DNA of 63,022 bases, filler included, from Guillardia theta CCMP2712 (Eukaryota > Protista > Cryptophyta): the NCBI RefSeq assembly GCF_000315625.1. It is 7 parts of 7 records of this genome, joined end to end, with 100 filler letters (N's around TTAATTAATTAA, not from the genome) between each part and the next. Parts side by side here need not be neighbours in the genome. Positions count along the whole stretch, not along the records: positions 21,766 to 40,935 come from NW_005434638.1; 6 more parts are not named here. The stretch is one strand, 5' to 3'. The notes beneath the pieces are model-generated. The model worked only from the letters and a program-made list of their open reading frames with translations. It was not told the origin of the DNA and did not search any database. Shown here in pieces: positions 24,488 through 37,234 of this stretch. The stretch's first letter is position 1, and each line of letters starts with the position of its first letter. Both the position numbers and the translations under genes were made by a program.

Positions 24488-25798
24488 AGCGCCGTCAGAC
24501 TCCAACGAGCTCTCCGACGAAGACCTGCGAATCCATTAGATGCTGCTGCTTCTCTTCTTGCTTGACTTGCTGCTGCTCCTCTTCTTGCTCGACTTGCTGC
24601 TGCTCCTCTTCTTGCTCGACTTGCTGCTGCTCCTCTTCTTGCTTGACTTGCTGCTGCTCCTCTTCTTGCTTGACTTGCTGCTGCTCCTCTTCTTGCTTGA
24701 CTTGCTGCTGCTCCTCTTCTTGCTTGACTTGCTGCTGCTCCTCTTCTTGCTTGACTTGCTGCTGCTCCTCTTCTTGCTCGACTTGCTGCTGCTCCTCTTC
24801 TTGCTTGACTTGCTGCTGCTCCTCTTCTTGCTTGACTTGCTGCTGCTCCTCTTCTTGCTCGACTTGCTGCTGCTCCTCTTCTTGCTCGACTTGCTGCTGC
24901 TCCTCCTGCTACTGCCCCCCCCCTCCTCCTTTTTCCTTCAACTCCCCAGCTCACTCACTCGTTGGCATCAAAGGCTCGCAGACGCGGGAGATTTCTACCC
25001 ATCAAGTCCTGCGATGAAGAGAAGCTTGAGGAGGTAGCGGAGGCAGGAGGGAGGAGGTAGCGGAGGCAGGAGGCAGGAGGGAGAGAGAGGAGGAGAAGAC
25101 AAACCTGATGCGGGCGAGGGAATGTGGCGTGGCTGAGCTGCCATGCTCGATAAGCGGCAGCATAATCCTGGTGAGGGTGAAGGAGGTCTAAGTCGGTCAG
25201 TGTCCTCTCCCTCCCCTTCTCCTCTTTCATCGCTCCCGTCCTCTTTCTCGTCTTGCTCTTCTCTCCCTCTTTGGCTCGCAGCTGTTTGTTTCCCCTGCCT
25301 TCCTTCAGCTTGCCCTCGCTCTTGTTTCCCCTGCCTTCCTTCAGCTTGCCCTCGCTCTTGCTCCCCTTCCTCGCTTGACGCAGGAGCTGGTCGGGAGGAC
25401 GGAGAGAGAAGGAGAGGATCTCGTCGCCCTCCTCTTCCTCGCTCTCGATGTCTGACTCCTCGTCGTGCGGAGTGTCGAAGAAGGAAGGGGAGGCAGGTAG
25501 AGGCTGAGGGGCAGCGAGGAGAGAGGAGGCTGCAGGTCTCTTCCCCTTCACGTTCTTCCCTGGTCGTTTCCTCCTCTTCAACTTGGTCTGCAAGTCTCGA
25601 GGAGCAGCAAGAGCGAGGGGCTCCTCCTCCTCCTCCTCCTCCTCCTTCTCCTTCTCTTGTAACTCAGCACGCACATTCGACTTGCACGAGATCTCGATCG
25701 GCTTCGACGAGCTGCTGGAGTCTTGCGGAGGCGGAAGGGATCGAGGAGGGAGAAGCTGCTGGCCCCTTGTCCTGTACGTCTCATCCACACGTAAAGGT

Positions 25799-25833
<35 letters not shown>

Positions 25834-28431
25834 AACTTCCCCTGGTTCCGTACACATCTGCCTCCTCCTCCTCCTCCTCCTCCTGTCTTCCACTCCTCGT
25901 GGTTGTGCCGACTCTTCCTGCAGACTCGCCCTCTCCTCACTTGCATTAGTGTCAAGTTGTTGCGTTTCGAGCTGTTCCGGAGAGGGCGTACGGTTATCCT
26001 CCTCCTCCTCCTCTCCCTCCTCCAGTTCCTCGTCCTCGTCCTCGTCCTCGCCCTCCTTCACTTGCTCATCCTCCTCCTCTTTGTGCATGTTCATGACTGC
26101 CAATCGCTTCAGCGACTCCACCAGCATGGTGACCTGCTCGGAGTCCGAGTAGGAGGCGATGCTCTCGCAGATGCTCCTCCCGATCCCCTTGAGCTCCTCG
26201 CGCGAGAAGAATCTTCCTCGGCACCTCCCCAACGTCCCTCCTAGGAATGAGACCTCCAGCGTGTAAGACCCCAGGATCCCCAGCTCTCGATGCGCCACCA
26301 CCCGGGCACATCCCTCACGTCCTCTGCTCACGTTGAAGGAGCAGGAGCTGAAGTTGAAACCGTCGCAGCTCTGAGCGACGAGGGCGGGGAACACACGGAC
26401 ATCGAAGGAGGAGGGATCAAGCGGCTCCTCCTCTCTCTCCTCCTTCGTCTTCCCGCTCTTGGTGTCGCAGCCGTAGACGAAGCAGTCGAGCTGACGGGAG
26501 TGAGCGTGGAGGTCGATGAAAAGGATGGCGGGACGTCCCTCGTCCTTGAGGCTCTTCAGCAGCTCCTTGGCTGCTGCGATCTCAGGGCAGGTGACCCGAC
26601 GAGGCTCCTCCCAGCAGCGGTTCATGTCCTCCCCGTCTAGCGACGTCCGGCAGTTGCCGGCCATCACTCCGTCGACATTCATCATCGGGACGAGCTTGAA
26701 CACGTGCTGCCGCCGCAGCGACTTCGCCTTCTCTTCCTCGCTCGTCAGAAACTCCAGCAGCCCGTGCATCACCCAGCTCGCCGGCGTCTCCCCTGGGTGA
26801 ACGCGAGAGGAGATGAAGATCGTCGTCCTCTTTGCTGCCTCCCCCTCGGGCTCTGTGATGCTCACCAGCGGGCACTCGCGCTGACCGACCGAGCGACAGA
26901 GGGAGGAGCGAGTGACGTAGCGCCCGGAGGAGCTGCTCTTCTCGAGGAGGGAGAGGAACCTCGTTAGGTCGGAGGAGGAGTATGGGTAAGAGTGAGCGAC
27001 GAAGAAGCAGTCGTTGTCCATCGGGGAGGAGAGCGTGAAGGTCAGCGTGTGCAGGCCCCTCCCGCTTCTGCTTCTGTTCACCGACGAGCGGTAGTAAGCC
27101 ACCTCCTCTCCCGCGTGGTGCCAGCCAGCTCCCTCTTTGTGCAGGAGCTTGACGGACAGGACGACGGGCTTGAGCCCGTAGTTGAAGAGGGAGTCATGCT
27201 TGCGCATGTTGATGATGTTGAGCTTGTACCTCACCCCTCGCTCCATCCCTGACATGCGGAAGTAGAACCACTGAACGTGCCTCCGCGTCTTGGTGTCCGT
27301 CGAGAGCAGCAGGTCATACTCGTGCTCCCCCACCTGCACAGCTCGCCGCAGGTTCCCGCACTCAAAGTCGGAGGAGAAGACGAGGCACTTCCAGTTGATG
27401 AGAGCAGGGAGAGGAGGCTGACACTCTGACGAGTCGGGGGAAGTGACGTCCTTGTTGAAGACGATGCGGGCGGGGAAGCTGGAGGAGGAGACGGTTCCCT
27501 CCATGATCCTCTTGTACTCCTTCTCTGCCATGTCTCTGCATCTCCTCTCCTTCTCTGCGCTGCTCACTTCCTCATACCGCTCGTCCCTCGTCAGCTCGTG
27601 GTCCTTCCTCTCCCCATGGATCGCCCAGGAAGGGCCCAGCTCGTGTATGTTCACCAGCAGCAGCGGCTCTCTGACCTTCACCTGACCGTAGAGCGAGCTC
27701 TTCTTCTCTCTCCTGCTCGCTTCCATTTGAGCTCCACCCAACAACCCAGCTGACCCGTGGAGGGGAAGCAGCAGCCCTCCCTGCCCCTCCCTCCGCGAGT
27801 TCTTCCTCTTCCTCTCCTCGTCGCTCCCGCTCTCCCGACTTGGCACTCGCGATCCCACCAAACACCCTCCTGAGCTCCATCGCAGCCCGTCGACCATGTT
27901 GGTGGAGAAGCTAAGGCGGGGGGCGACCATCTTCGAGTCCGAGTTGGCGAAGCGACCGCTGCTGTCCCCGTCCCCTCCCTCTCTCGCCGTCAGGGACTTA
28001 CTACCCCCGCTCCCTCCCGAGAACTTCAACGTGGAGATGCGCATGGGAAGGAAGCTCTGACCTCCTCGAGTCTCCAGCATGGGAGAGCTCTTGGAGCTGA
28101 CCTGCTGCGCCTGCTTTCCATGCACGGTTGAGACGAAGGAGCTGCTCTCCTCCGAGTCTCTACCCGCCCCCAGCATGCGAGGATGGAGGCTCCTGTCCTT
28201 GTCTCGGATGATTTGAGCTCTCTTGCGGACCGACTCGCTTGCTCGCAGCATGGCAGCAGTCAGGCGAGGCGAGGCTCCTCCCCTGCTCTCTTCTGCCCCT
28301 AGAAGGTACGAAGCTGAGCCGTCCCCGACCTTCGGCGCTTGGCCATCATGGCAGGGACGTGATATGACGGGAGGAAGCGAATGGCAGGACAGGTCCTCTG
28401 ACCTCGAAAGGAGCAGGTCCATGATGCCCAT
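24488..28431 (-). CDS. Cytosolic carboxypeptidase (CCP/Nna1/AGBL, M14 peptidase; tubulin deglutamylase family)
   Basis: 1158-aa ORF with FSSDFECGNL, QWFYF, RVHPGETPASW (zinc HxxE), MNVDGVMAGNCRTSLDGEDMNR, DLHAHS and YTLEVSF. The C-terminus probably continues after an intron into EEEQQQV(K/E)Q repeats. Confidence 0.92.
24540..24905 (-). repeat. 27-bp tandem repeat (~13 copies), probably coding EEEQQQV(K/E)Q on the minus strand
   Basis: Unit CTCTTCTTGCT(T/C)GACTTGCTGCTGCTC; period divisible by 3. Confidence 0.85.
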
Positions 28432-28674
28432 GCTGGTTGATCAAAGTTCGTTCATGTATGTCTCAGAAGCTTCCTTCATATCTCCCACTCAATTCCCTGT
28501 GTGAAACCATGAGGGTTTGAACACAAGATCTGTTTCTCGCTTGCATAACTTCATTGCTGCACTAGCATCCTTCCCTTCGCCACTTGCCTTATTCTCCCTT
28601 TCCTCTCTCGTCCTCTCGTCCTCTCAGTTCTTTGAATTCTCCCCACTTCAACACTTGTGCCATCTGTTCTTCCC

Positions 28675-28845
28675 TTCTCATCTCATCTCATCTCATCTCA
28701 TCTCATCTCATCTCATCTCATCTCATCTCATCTCATCTCATCTCATCTCATCTCATCTCATCTCATCTCATCTCATCTCATCTCATCTCATCTCATCGCA
28801 TCTCATCTCATCTCATCGCATCTCATCTCATCTCATCTCATCTCT
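28675..28845. repeat. (TCTCA)n pentanucleotide microsatellite
   Basis: About 33 near-perfect copies. Confidence 0.95.
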
Positions 28846-29829
28846 CTTCTTCTCAATTCTCTTCTTCATCACTTTTGACTTGTCGTTACCATGGCGTTGA
28901 ATAAAAACGCCATTCATAGGACAATCAGCGAGGGTCGTCCAAAAAGGGTCCTTCAAAAAGTGGGTAGGGGTACTCTCAAGTACCCTCCCTTGAGATAATT
29001 ACAAGTGGTCATAAGAGGGTGGGGTACAATACTGACTACTGGTCTGGGGCAAACTGGGTACATAACGAAGTGGGTGGGTGGTACGGATGGACCCGCTTGG
29101 ACGCTTTTATCATTACCGGTCACTTGAAGCCTAAGGAGGAGGGTAGGGTGGGTATTACTGGGTGGGGATCACTGATCAGATAACCCCACCTACAATGAGC
29201 CCGTGAAACAGGTCAAATGGAGGGGTAGATGTACGGTTTATGGGAGGTGTGGAGACTGATAACCCTACCCCACCCTCATTCAGGCTTTGAAGGGGGTGCA
29301 TTTCTAGCTATACTGCCAGGTGCTGCCCGGAAACAGAAAAAATCTCTTACAGTAAAATTAGGGGTAGTACCATGGAAGTGAGGGGGTGGGGGTCATAAAT
29401 ACTACAGCTAGAGCAGTGCAGGAAAATGTACGGGGCCGCAGTGGAGGAGAGGAGGGAGAGGAAGAGGAGGAAGAGGAGGACGAGGATGGGATCTAGAAGG
29501 GATACAGGGAGCAGGGAAGGTAAGGGTTTGATAGATGAGAAGTAGAAGCGAAGGAGTGAGGCAATGCAAGTGGAAGTGGAGGACTTTGCTGAGCTTTCGA
29601 AGGATACAGAGGTGGATCAGGCGAGCAGGCAGTTGGGAGGAGAGGAGGCGTTGAGAAGTGTTTTGCATGATGAGGGATAGAAGGAGGTAAAGAGAGAGGA
29701 GGGAGGGATTCTTCCGGAGTCTTTGGTCGAGGTGCTGGAGGGGGGCATTGGGCATGTAACGCGATGAGGTCAGCAGGGAGCTAACGGTGTTGGTTGGCAG
29801 TCTTGATGGAGAGGTGAGAGGCTCCAAGG

Positions 29830-31443
29830 ATGTCCCAACACGAAAACTTCATTGCCGACACCCTCCTCAGCTTCCATGACATCTCGTGGAAGACTGAAGA
29901 TGGCAAGGTTCCCTCCCTCCTCCTCCTCTCGCGTTTCTGACCGTATCCTAGAGCATCCTTCACGGTGTCAGCGGAGTCGTTCAAGCAGGAAAGGTGATGG
30001 CGATCATGGGTGCCTCAGGGAGCGGCAAAACAACGCTCCTCCAGATCCTTGCGGGTCAACGGCAGCAGGTGGGTCGAACTCTCTTCACCCTCTGCTCCCG
30101 CTCCTGCTCCCGCTCCTCCTCCTCCTCCCGTACTTGTGCTCGTTGACATACCAAACAGAGCGAAGGAGCTGTCCGCATCAATGGCGAGGACATGAATCGA
30201 GCCATGAAGCGATACCTGGGGATGGTGCCACAAGAGGTGAGTGCTGCTGCTGCTCCTCCTCCTCCTCCTCGTCACATGCCTCCAGGATGTGCTGCTGCCT
30301 ACAGTGACAGTGGAGGAAGCGATCTCCTTCTCTGCCGCCATCCGCATGCCGTCGAACGTGTCAGGTGGCGGGTGGGAGGAGAGGGACGTCGGAGGTGACA
30401 GAGGAGGCAGAGGAGGAGAGGAAGCAGCTGGTGGAGCAGCAGGTGGCGGACCTGGGCCTTCAGAGCATCCGATCGTCGCGCATCGGTGAGCTAGCGGCAT
30501 CTGCTGCCATGCGAGTGAGAGGAGGGCAGGGGACCCGAGGAGGAGGAAGGGAATCAGCGGAGGAGAGAAGAAGAGGGTCAGGTATGCTCCATCACTCTTC
30601 GTTGCTCCGTCCCCATGCTGCCCTCCCTTATCTTGCTGTAAACTGCTGCTGCTGCTTCTCTCCCTCTTCCTCCTCGTGATTGTGTTTCTGCTGCTGCTTC
30701 TACTCGCTCACCTCTTGTGGTCCCCAGCATTGCGATGGAAATGGTTCACAGACCGCGAGTGCTGCTGCTGGATGAGCCGACCTCAGGGTGAGAAGTAGGA
30801 GAGATGAAATGTTTCGAAGAGGAGACGCCAGGCCTAGGAAGGGAGAAAGCGAGGAAGGGAGGAGGAGACGGGAGGAAAACACAGGAAGAGGAAGAGGGAG
30901 GAAGGGAGAAGGAGGACGATTGAGGTCAGGAAATCATTTTGTTGATTTTCTTCAAAAGTCTTGATTCAGCAGCAACTCATCAAATGCTGAAACTCCTCCA
31001 AGACCTCGCAAGGCAACTTTCTGCTCGTTCTGCTCGCTCTTCTCCTCTTCTGGTTTTGCTCTAGCTATCTGAATCAGCTTCTCCTTCAGATCGTCCAACG
31101 TCGCTGTCGCCTTCACCATCCATCAGCCTTCCTCCCGCGACTTTCATCTCTTCGACAAACTTCTTCTCCTCTCAGAGGGCAGGACCGCCTACTACGGCTC
31201 TGCTCGCGGGGCTCTCGCTCATTTCGAAGGTAAGGCATCTGCTGCTGCTGCTCCTCCTCCTCCTCCTCCTCTTTGCTGATCTTGTCACAGCTGTTGGTCA
31301 TGCATGTCCTGAGTTCACAAACCCTGCGGAGTTTTTTCTTGACCTTCTCTCTGGCTTCGACGTCGGTGAGTCAGAAACTCAACAAAACTTTCTGGGTGAA
31401 TGAAAATGATAATGATGAAGATGGAGATTGAGATGGAGATTGA

Positions 31444-31482
<39 letters not shown>

Positions 31483-31520
31483 GAAGAAGAAGAAGAAGAA
31501 GAAGAAGAAGATGATGATGA

Positions 31521-31555
<35 letters not shown>

Positions 31556-32324
31556 TGATGAAGAAGAAGAAGAAGAAGAAGAAGAAGAAGAAGAAGAAGA
31601 AGAAGAAGATGATGATGATGAAGAAGAAGAACAACATGAAGAAGAAGAAGAAGAAGAAGATGATGATGATGATGAAGATGATCTTAGGCTTTGTTTCGCT
31701 GTATGACTGTCGACTCCTTCGACAGGATTGGAGGGCAAGGAGAAAATCATCAGCAGCTTTGAAAAGTCTGACGCACACAGAGGTCAAAGAACAATGCTTC
31801 TTCTCCTCAATTCTCTCTTCCCCTTTCCCCTCCTCTTCATGTGACCTCTTGACGGCTGGCTAGTGTTGGAGGAGGAGCTCGAGCAAGCAGAGGAGCAGAG
31901 GAGCCGAGCGCTTCAGAGAGCCTCCAGCAGTGCTGACAAGAGAAAATTCCTAGCCAACGAGGAGAACTTCGCTACCACCTTCACCGAACAATTCGTTCTC
32001 CTCTTCAGGTCCCTGCCTGCCTGCCTTTCGCTGCTCCTCCTGCTCCTCCTGCTCCTCCTGCTCCTCTCCTTTTCTTGCCTTATCTGCCTCACTGTCCACT
32101 ACAGACGTGCCTGGATCAACTCGACTCGCAACCCTGTTTCTGCTGTAAGTCTGACACCCTCTGCCCTCACATCATCTGAGATCCTCTGCTCTCCTCTCCC
32201 TCGCTCTCCTCCTCCTCTCAATCGTATTCGTCTCACTTACTCGTCTCAGCGAGCTGCGTTTGGAAGGAGTGTGACCATGGGTCTTCTGGTTGGGTTTCTT
32301 TATCGGGGGGTTCAATTTACACAG
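29830..32324 (+). CDS. ABC transporter subfamily G (White-like), 3' part lost at a gap
   Basis: [21 protein letters not shown] | ILHGVSG...[11 protein letters not shown] (Walker A) | VPQE | [11 protein letters not shown] | GISGGEKKR | LLLDEPTSG | LDS | TIHQPS...[10 protein letters not shown] | NPAEFFLD | QFVLLF | [11 protein letters not shown]. Confidence 0.92.
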
Positions 32325-32621
32325 GTGACAAGGAGGAGGAGCAGGAGGAGGAGGAGGAGGAGGAGGAGGAGGAGGTTGATTGTATTTTTTTTTAGGCTTT
32401 CTAGTTCAAGATNNNNNNNNNNNNNNNNNNNNNNNNNNNNNNNNNNNNNNNNNNNNNNNNNNNNNNNNNNNNNNNNNNNNNNNNNNNNNNNNNNNNNNNN
32501 NNNNNNNNNNNNAGTGCATTGAAATAAAAAACAAGAAATTTGAGGTTTAAAATGAGGCGGAAGGGGAGGGGGAAGAGAGCCACAAAGGAGGGAGAGGGGG
32601 GAGGGGGGAGGGTACCTGGCT

Positions 32622-32887
32622 TCCCTGCGAGAGAGCAAGGTTTCCTCTCGAAGGGCTGACGGGATGTTCAACATCCAAGGGGGAAAGCTTGCCAACATCC
32701 AAGGAGAGAACACCCCTACTTTCTTCAGCCAAGAGACGGGTACTCCTGTCTCCTTCCTCGAAGGTATACAAGGATCATTCTCGTCAGAACTAAGTGGTCT
32801 TCTTCCCCTTTCGTTTGGCAAGCTTCCCCCTTGGATGTTGAACATCCCGTCAGCCCTTCGAGCAGAAACCTTGCTCTCTCGCAGGGA
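32622..32887. repeat. Inverted repeat, ~74-bp arms (32622-32695 and 32815-32887), ~119-bp spacer
   Basis: The arms are reverse complements apart from 2 substitutions and 1 indel. Confidence 0.85.
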
Positions 32888-33231
32888 CGAGAATCCGTTC
32901 CTATGACGGTAGGGCTTCCAACGGGTTAAGCTACGAGTACACGGTTCCTGCTACAATGACTCTAGGTTGGGGGAGGGGGAGGAGGAGGGGGAGGAGGTGG
33001 AGGGGGAGGAGGAGGGGGAGGAGAAGGAGGAGGAGGAGGTGGTGGTGTTGGTGGTGGTGGTGGTAGCGGAAGTGGAGGAGTCGGCAAAGGGGTGAGTGGA
33101 AGGAAGAGAATGACCCCCAAAGGCTTGAGGGAGAGCAAGAAGATGGTGCGAGAGACGGGAGTTGAGAATGGGACGAGATTGAGGACAAACAAGTTTTAAT
33201 GTCAGAAAGGAGGAGGGGTAGCGCTTCTGCT

Positions 33232-35259
33232 TCACTCCATGTTGCGCTGTCGGGGAGCGCATGTGATGACCTCGTCCACTCTGATGATCATCTCGGCAGC
33301 CTCAGCAGCAGACACCAAAGACTGGTAGAGACGTCAGGGAGGGGACGAGAGGGGAGGGGACGGGAGAGGGGAGATATAAGAAAAGAGAGGAGGGGAGGAG
33401 ATGGGAGAGGGGAGGAGAGGAGAGGAGAGGAGAGGAGAGGAGAGGAGAGGAGAAGCGAGGTGAAGGGGAGGAGAGTAGAAGCTCAGTCGCACTCACCTGG
33501 CACTTGACGCGGAAACTTTCGGTGATCCCGAGCTCCTTCATATCCCCGATGGTTCCTCTCTCCATGTCGAGACCATGCGATGAGTGACCCTTGTTGTGCG
33601 CTGCCCTCAACTGCGTCACGAGCTCCGTGCTGTCGTAACCTCCATTCTCAGCGATGGTCTTGGGGAGGGACCTCAGCGCCTTGGCGAACGCCTCGATGGC
33701 GAGGGACTTCTTGCCTGGCGTCTGCTTAGCCACAGCATCGACAGCCTCGGCCATGAGCACTTCGCTGCATCCTCCTCCGTAGATCGCTCGGGGGTCCTGG
33801 ACGATGGTCTTCAACACGCAGAGAGCATCATGCAGCGATCTTTCAGCCTCGTCTAGGATGTGCGAGCTCGCCCCGCGCAGGACGATAGTGCAGGCCTCCC
33901 CAGCACGGCAGCCGTTGAATTGAATGAGTTTGTCTTCGCCGATCATGATCTCCTCAATCAGCTCACATTCGCCCAACTTGATGAGTTCAGGGTGATCGAA
34001 GGTCGAAGCAATCTCTCCGCCAAGCACTGCAGAGAGTCTTTCGATTCCATCAAAATCAGCGTGTTCGATTGCCATGACGCCCCTGTCCGCAAAGTATTGC
34101 TCAGGCTTGTTGTAAATCAATTGGCGATTGATAAAGACGTTGCAACCACACGCCATGATTTTGTCGCATTTTGCCACCATCTTTGCTGCTTCCGCTTGCT
34201 CAATCTCTGCAACCTTGCTGAGAGAATCAACCTTCACCTTGGCTCCATAAATCTTGATCTTGTCAGTGTCCATAGGAGTGTTCGCAATCAAAATCTTGGC
34301 ATTCTCAACACGCTTCGGCTGTCCAACCCCAATCTTCTTGTCTAGAATAAAGCCTGGTGCAAGAAACGAATCCCGCATAGATCCTCCAGCCTTCTTGAGG
34401 ATTTGAATGTTTTCTAGGTTTCCTGAACCCTTCAACCTGAGGACCGCGTCCACGCAAATCTCTGCGAAGTGATCGTGTGCGACGTGCACAATTTTCGAGC
34501 TGAGGGTTGTCTTGGCAACTTTGAGCAGATATTCGCGGAACATTTTCTGGTCTGCACTGATATCGAACGCAGCCCCCTCGAGGGCTTTTCTAGCCGCACT
34601 CAAAGCAAGGCGCCATCCTGATTGAAAGTGAGTTCGATGCTTCTTCGCAGAGACGGGCATGCGAACCTTCAACGATGATCTGCGAATGGATTCTCTGACT
34701 CAAAAGAGGATCGGCCTCTGCGAGCAGAGCCCCTGCAAGGATGCAAACAGTAGTCGTACCATCCCCCACCTCATCGTCCTGCGCCACGTGATTAACAGTT
34801 GGTTCACAACAGTAGCTGTCAGCAACCTGCGTCTTTGAGATGTCAACCAGAATTTTAGCAGCAGGGTTATCGAGAGTGAGCTTCTTCAAGATAGTCGCTC
34901 CATCGTTTGTCACAGTGATGTCGCCGGACTGAGACTGCAAGATTTTGTCCTGTGGACGAGAACCGATTAACGGAATGATCCGCAAGACGAGGTCTGTTTT
35001 ACCATTCCGCGCGGACCGAGCGTGCTCTTGACAATGTCAGAGACAGCCATCGCACCGATAATGATGGACAGCTTGGCATCCTATTGCCCAGTCAATAAGA
35101 ACAACCTGCACATCGATCCTCGTGTAACCTGTCCCTTGAACTCTTGAGCCCCTTGCCCCAGCACTGAAGGACCAGCCTAGACCACAATAAGTCAACCTTC
35201 ACGCAACAATGCCGAGATAATCCATCATCAAATAACCACGTGACATGGGCGCTGGCCAT
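33232..35259 (-). CDS. CCT2: T-complex protein 1 subunit beta (chaperonin CCT2)
   Basis: KSTLGPRGM | DKILQ...[10 protein letters not shown] | DDEVGDGTT | large exon with [39 protein letters not shown] and [12 protein letters not shown] | [23 protein letters not shown]...stop (33232-33234). Start approximate. Confidence 0.95.
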
Positions 35260-37234
35260 AGGGCGAACCTCCAGCACAAGGATGCAACAAATCGAACGAT
35301 AGGTAGAAGTTTGACAAGAAAGTGTTGAGAACACAGGAGGGAGAAGAATCAACATCATGTTGAGCATGTAGATGAAAATGTAGATGAAAATGTGGATGTG
35401 GATGTGGATGGGGATGGGGATGGGGAAAGGATGCCTGAAGGTGACAAGACAAACGCATGGCCGACGATGAAGGCTATGAGGACTTCCAAGGGTGAATGAG
35501 AGGATGAAAGTCGATGAGACAAGCAAAAGAAGTGGAACATGTGAGTTTGAGTGGATGTGCAGGACATCAGCGACAACATGGAGTAGTTAAGTGATGGAAA
35601 TGGTGAACAGAGCGGAGGGGAAAGATGGGAGCGGGAGAGGAAAGAGAACAGAATGCAAGGACGAGCCGGACAAGCAGCAAAGCCTGATGAAACTAGCAAG
35701 TCAAAGGACCTGATAAGGTTAGAGTGTAGAGGCAGCAGCAGCAACAGCAGCGCCATCACCATCACCATCACCATCACCAGCCTCTGCTAGCTACCTGCAT
35801 TGTCGGCTAGTTTGGCGGGAAACTTCTCGCACTCAATTTTACTTAATTTCTTTTTAGAATCACCCCACCCCTTGTCAGGTCATGGGACCCTGGTATCGAG
35901 TACCCCCAAACAATAAATTAATACACCCTACCCATACTTATCCTAAACATGAAGTTTCCCAACCACCCCTAGTGATAGTACCCCTACCCGTACAGAACTT
36001 CCCAAGGGGTATATCACCCCATTTTTCAATAGCCTACACGGACCCCTCCTTTTGCCCCTCGCGCTTGAAAAAACACTATATTTTTAGATATAAATGCAGT
36101 ACAAATCTTGAATTATCCTGGTACCTTTTGTTTTAGTAAACAGACATCTTATAGTTTATAGTTATATCATGAAAGTTTAGTTACTATCAAAATTTTAATA
36201 TTTAGTATATTATTGATAAAAATAAATAATTTTATAGAAGATATCCGTACCCTGAGCAGTACAACATATTTGTACCACTCTTTGAATTTCATATCCCCAG
36301 ATATTTGTTTGTAACTTTACCTTGATCTTTTCAAATTTTTCACAAAGTCAAACAAACTTACTGCATAGATTTCAGCTTGCACAGTTAAATATGTTTTAAA
36401 CTTTAAATGTATAGTAGGAGAGGCGCGAGGAATGCCGCCGCTGCCTCTCGCTATCTCCCACCCGTCCTTCCCTCCAACATGCATATGCGGATAGCTCTCT
36501 CATCTACTCTCTCTGTCTCTTCCTGCATCCAACTCTTCTTGCCCGTCTTCCATGCTTGCCTGCATGCTCATCCTTTCGCCATCCCTTTACATGTCTTCTC
36601 TACACTCCGCACGCCCCTCACTCCCATCGCCTATTCTTCTCCCTAGCCTCTCCTCTTCTCCTCTCTCTCCATCCTGATCAACTCCAATTGCTCCAACTCT
36701 CCCTCTCCCTCCCCTTCAATCCCCTTAGGTCTTCTCTCTTCCCACTCCTCCCCCACCCCATCCCTTCTCTTCGTCCATTGTACTTTTTTCATCCTCTCTA
36801 CACCTCTTCAATGATCCCGACATTTCGTTTCCCTTGCTCTCATCGTTTTACTTCCCACCTCCTCTCTTGTCTCGTCCCTCTCGTCAACTCGACGGAGAGC
36901 TCCACTTCACCTTTTCATGCGCGTGCAGACGACTGAAAGATCTGAGGAAGGGAACGAGGCAACTTCGAGTTTCGTGTTGTTCTGATAGCTCCCCTTTGAG
37001 CTGTAGAAGAATGTCATGTACATGGCTACGACTTTTTGATCGACCCTTACCTTGCCTGCATGAGAGACTGATGAGATTTCGACAGGATCTGAGTTTAGTT
37101 TCCCTCCGGGTTTCATCAAGGATTTGAACAGCCAAGCTTGAGCGCGCTTTCTTTTGAAAGCGCTATCTGAGAATCTGTTAGCGCCTTGTGAGCCTCTAGT
37201 CGTGAACATTCAGAGGCATCGGGGAACCTTCAAG

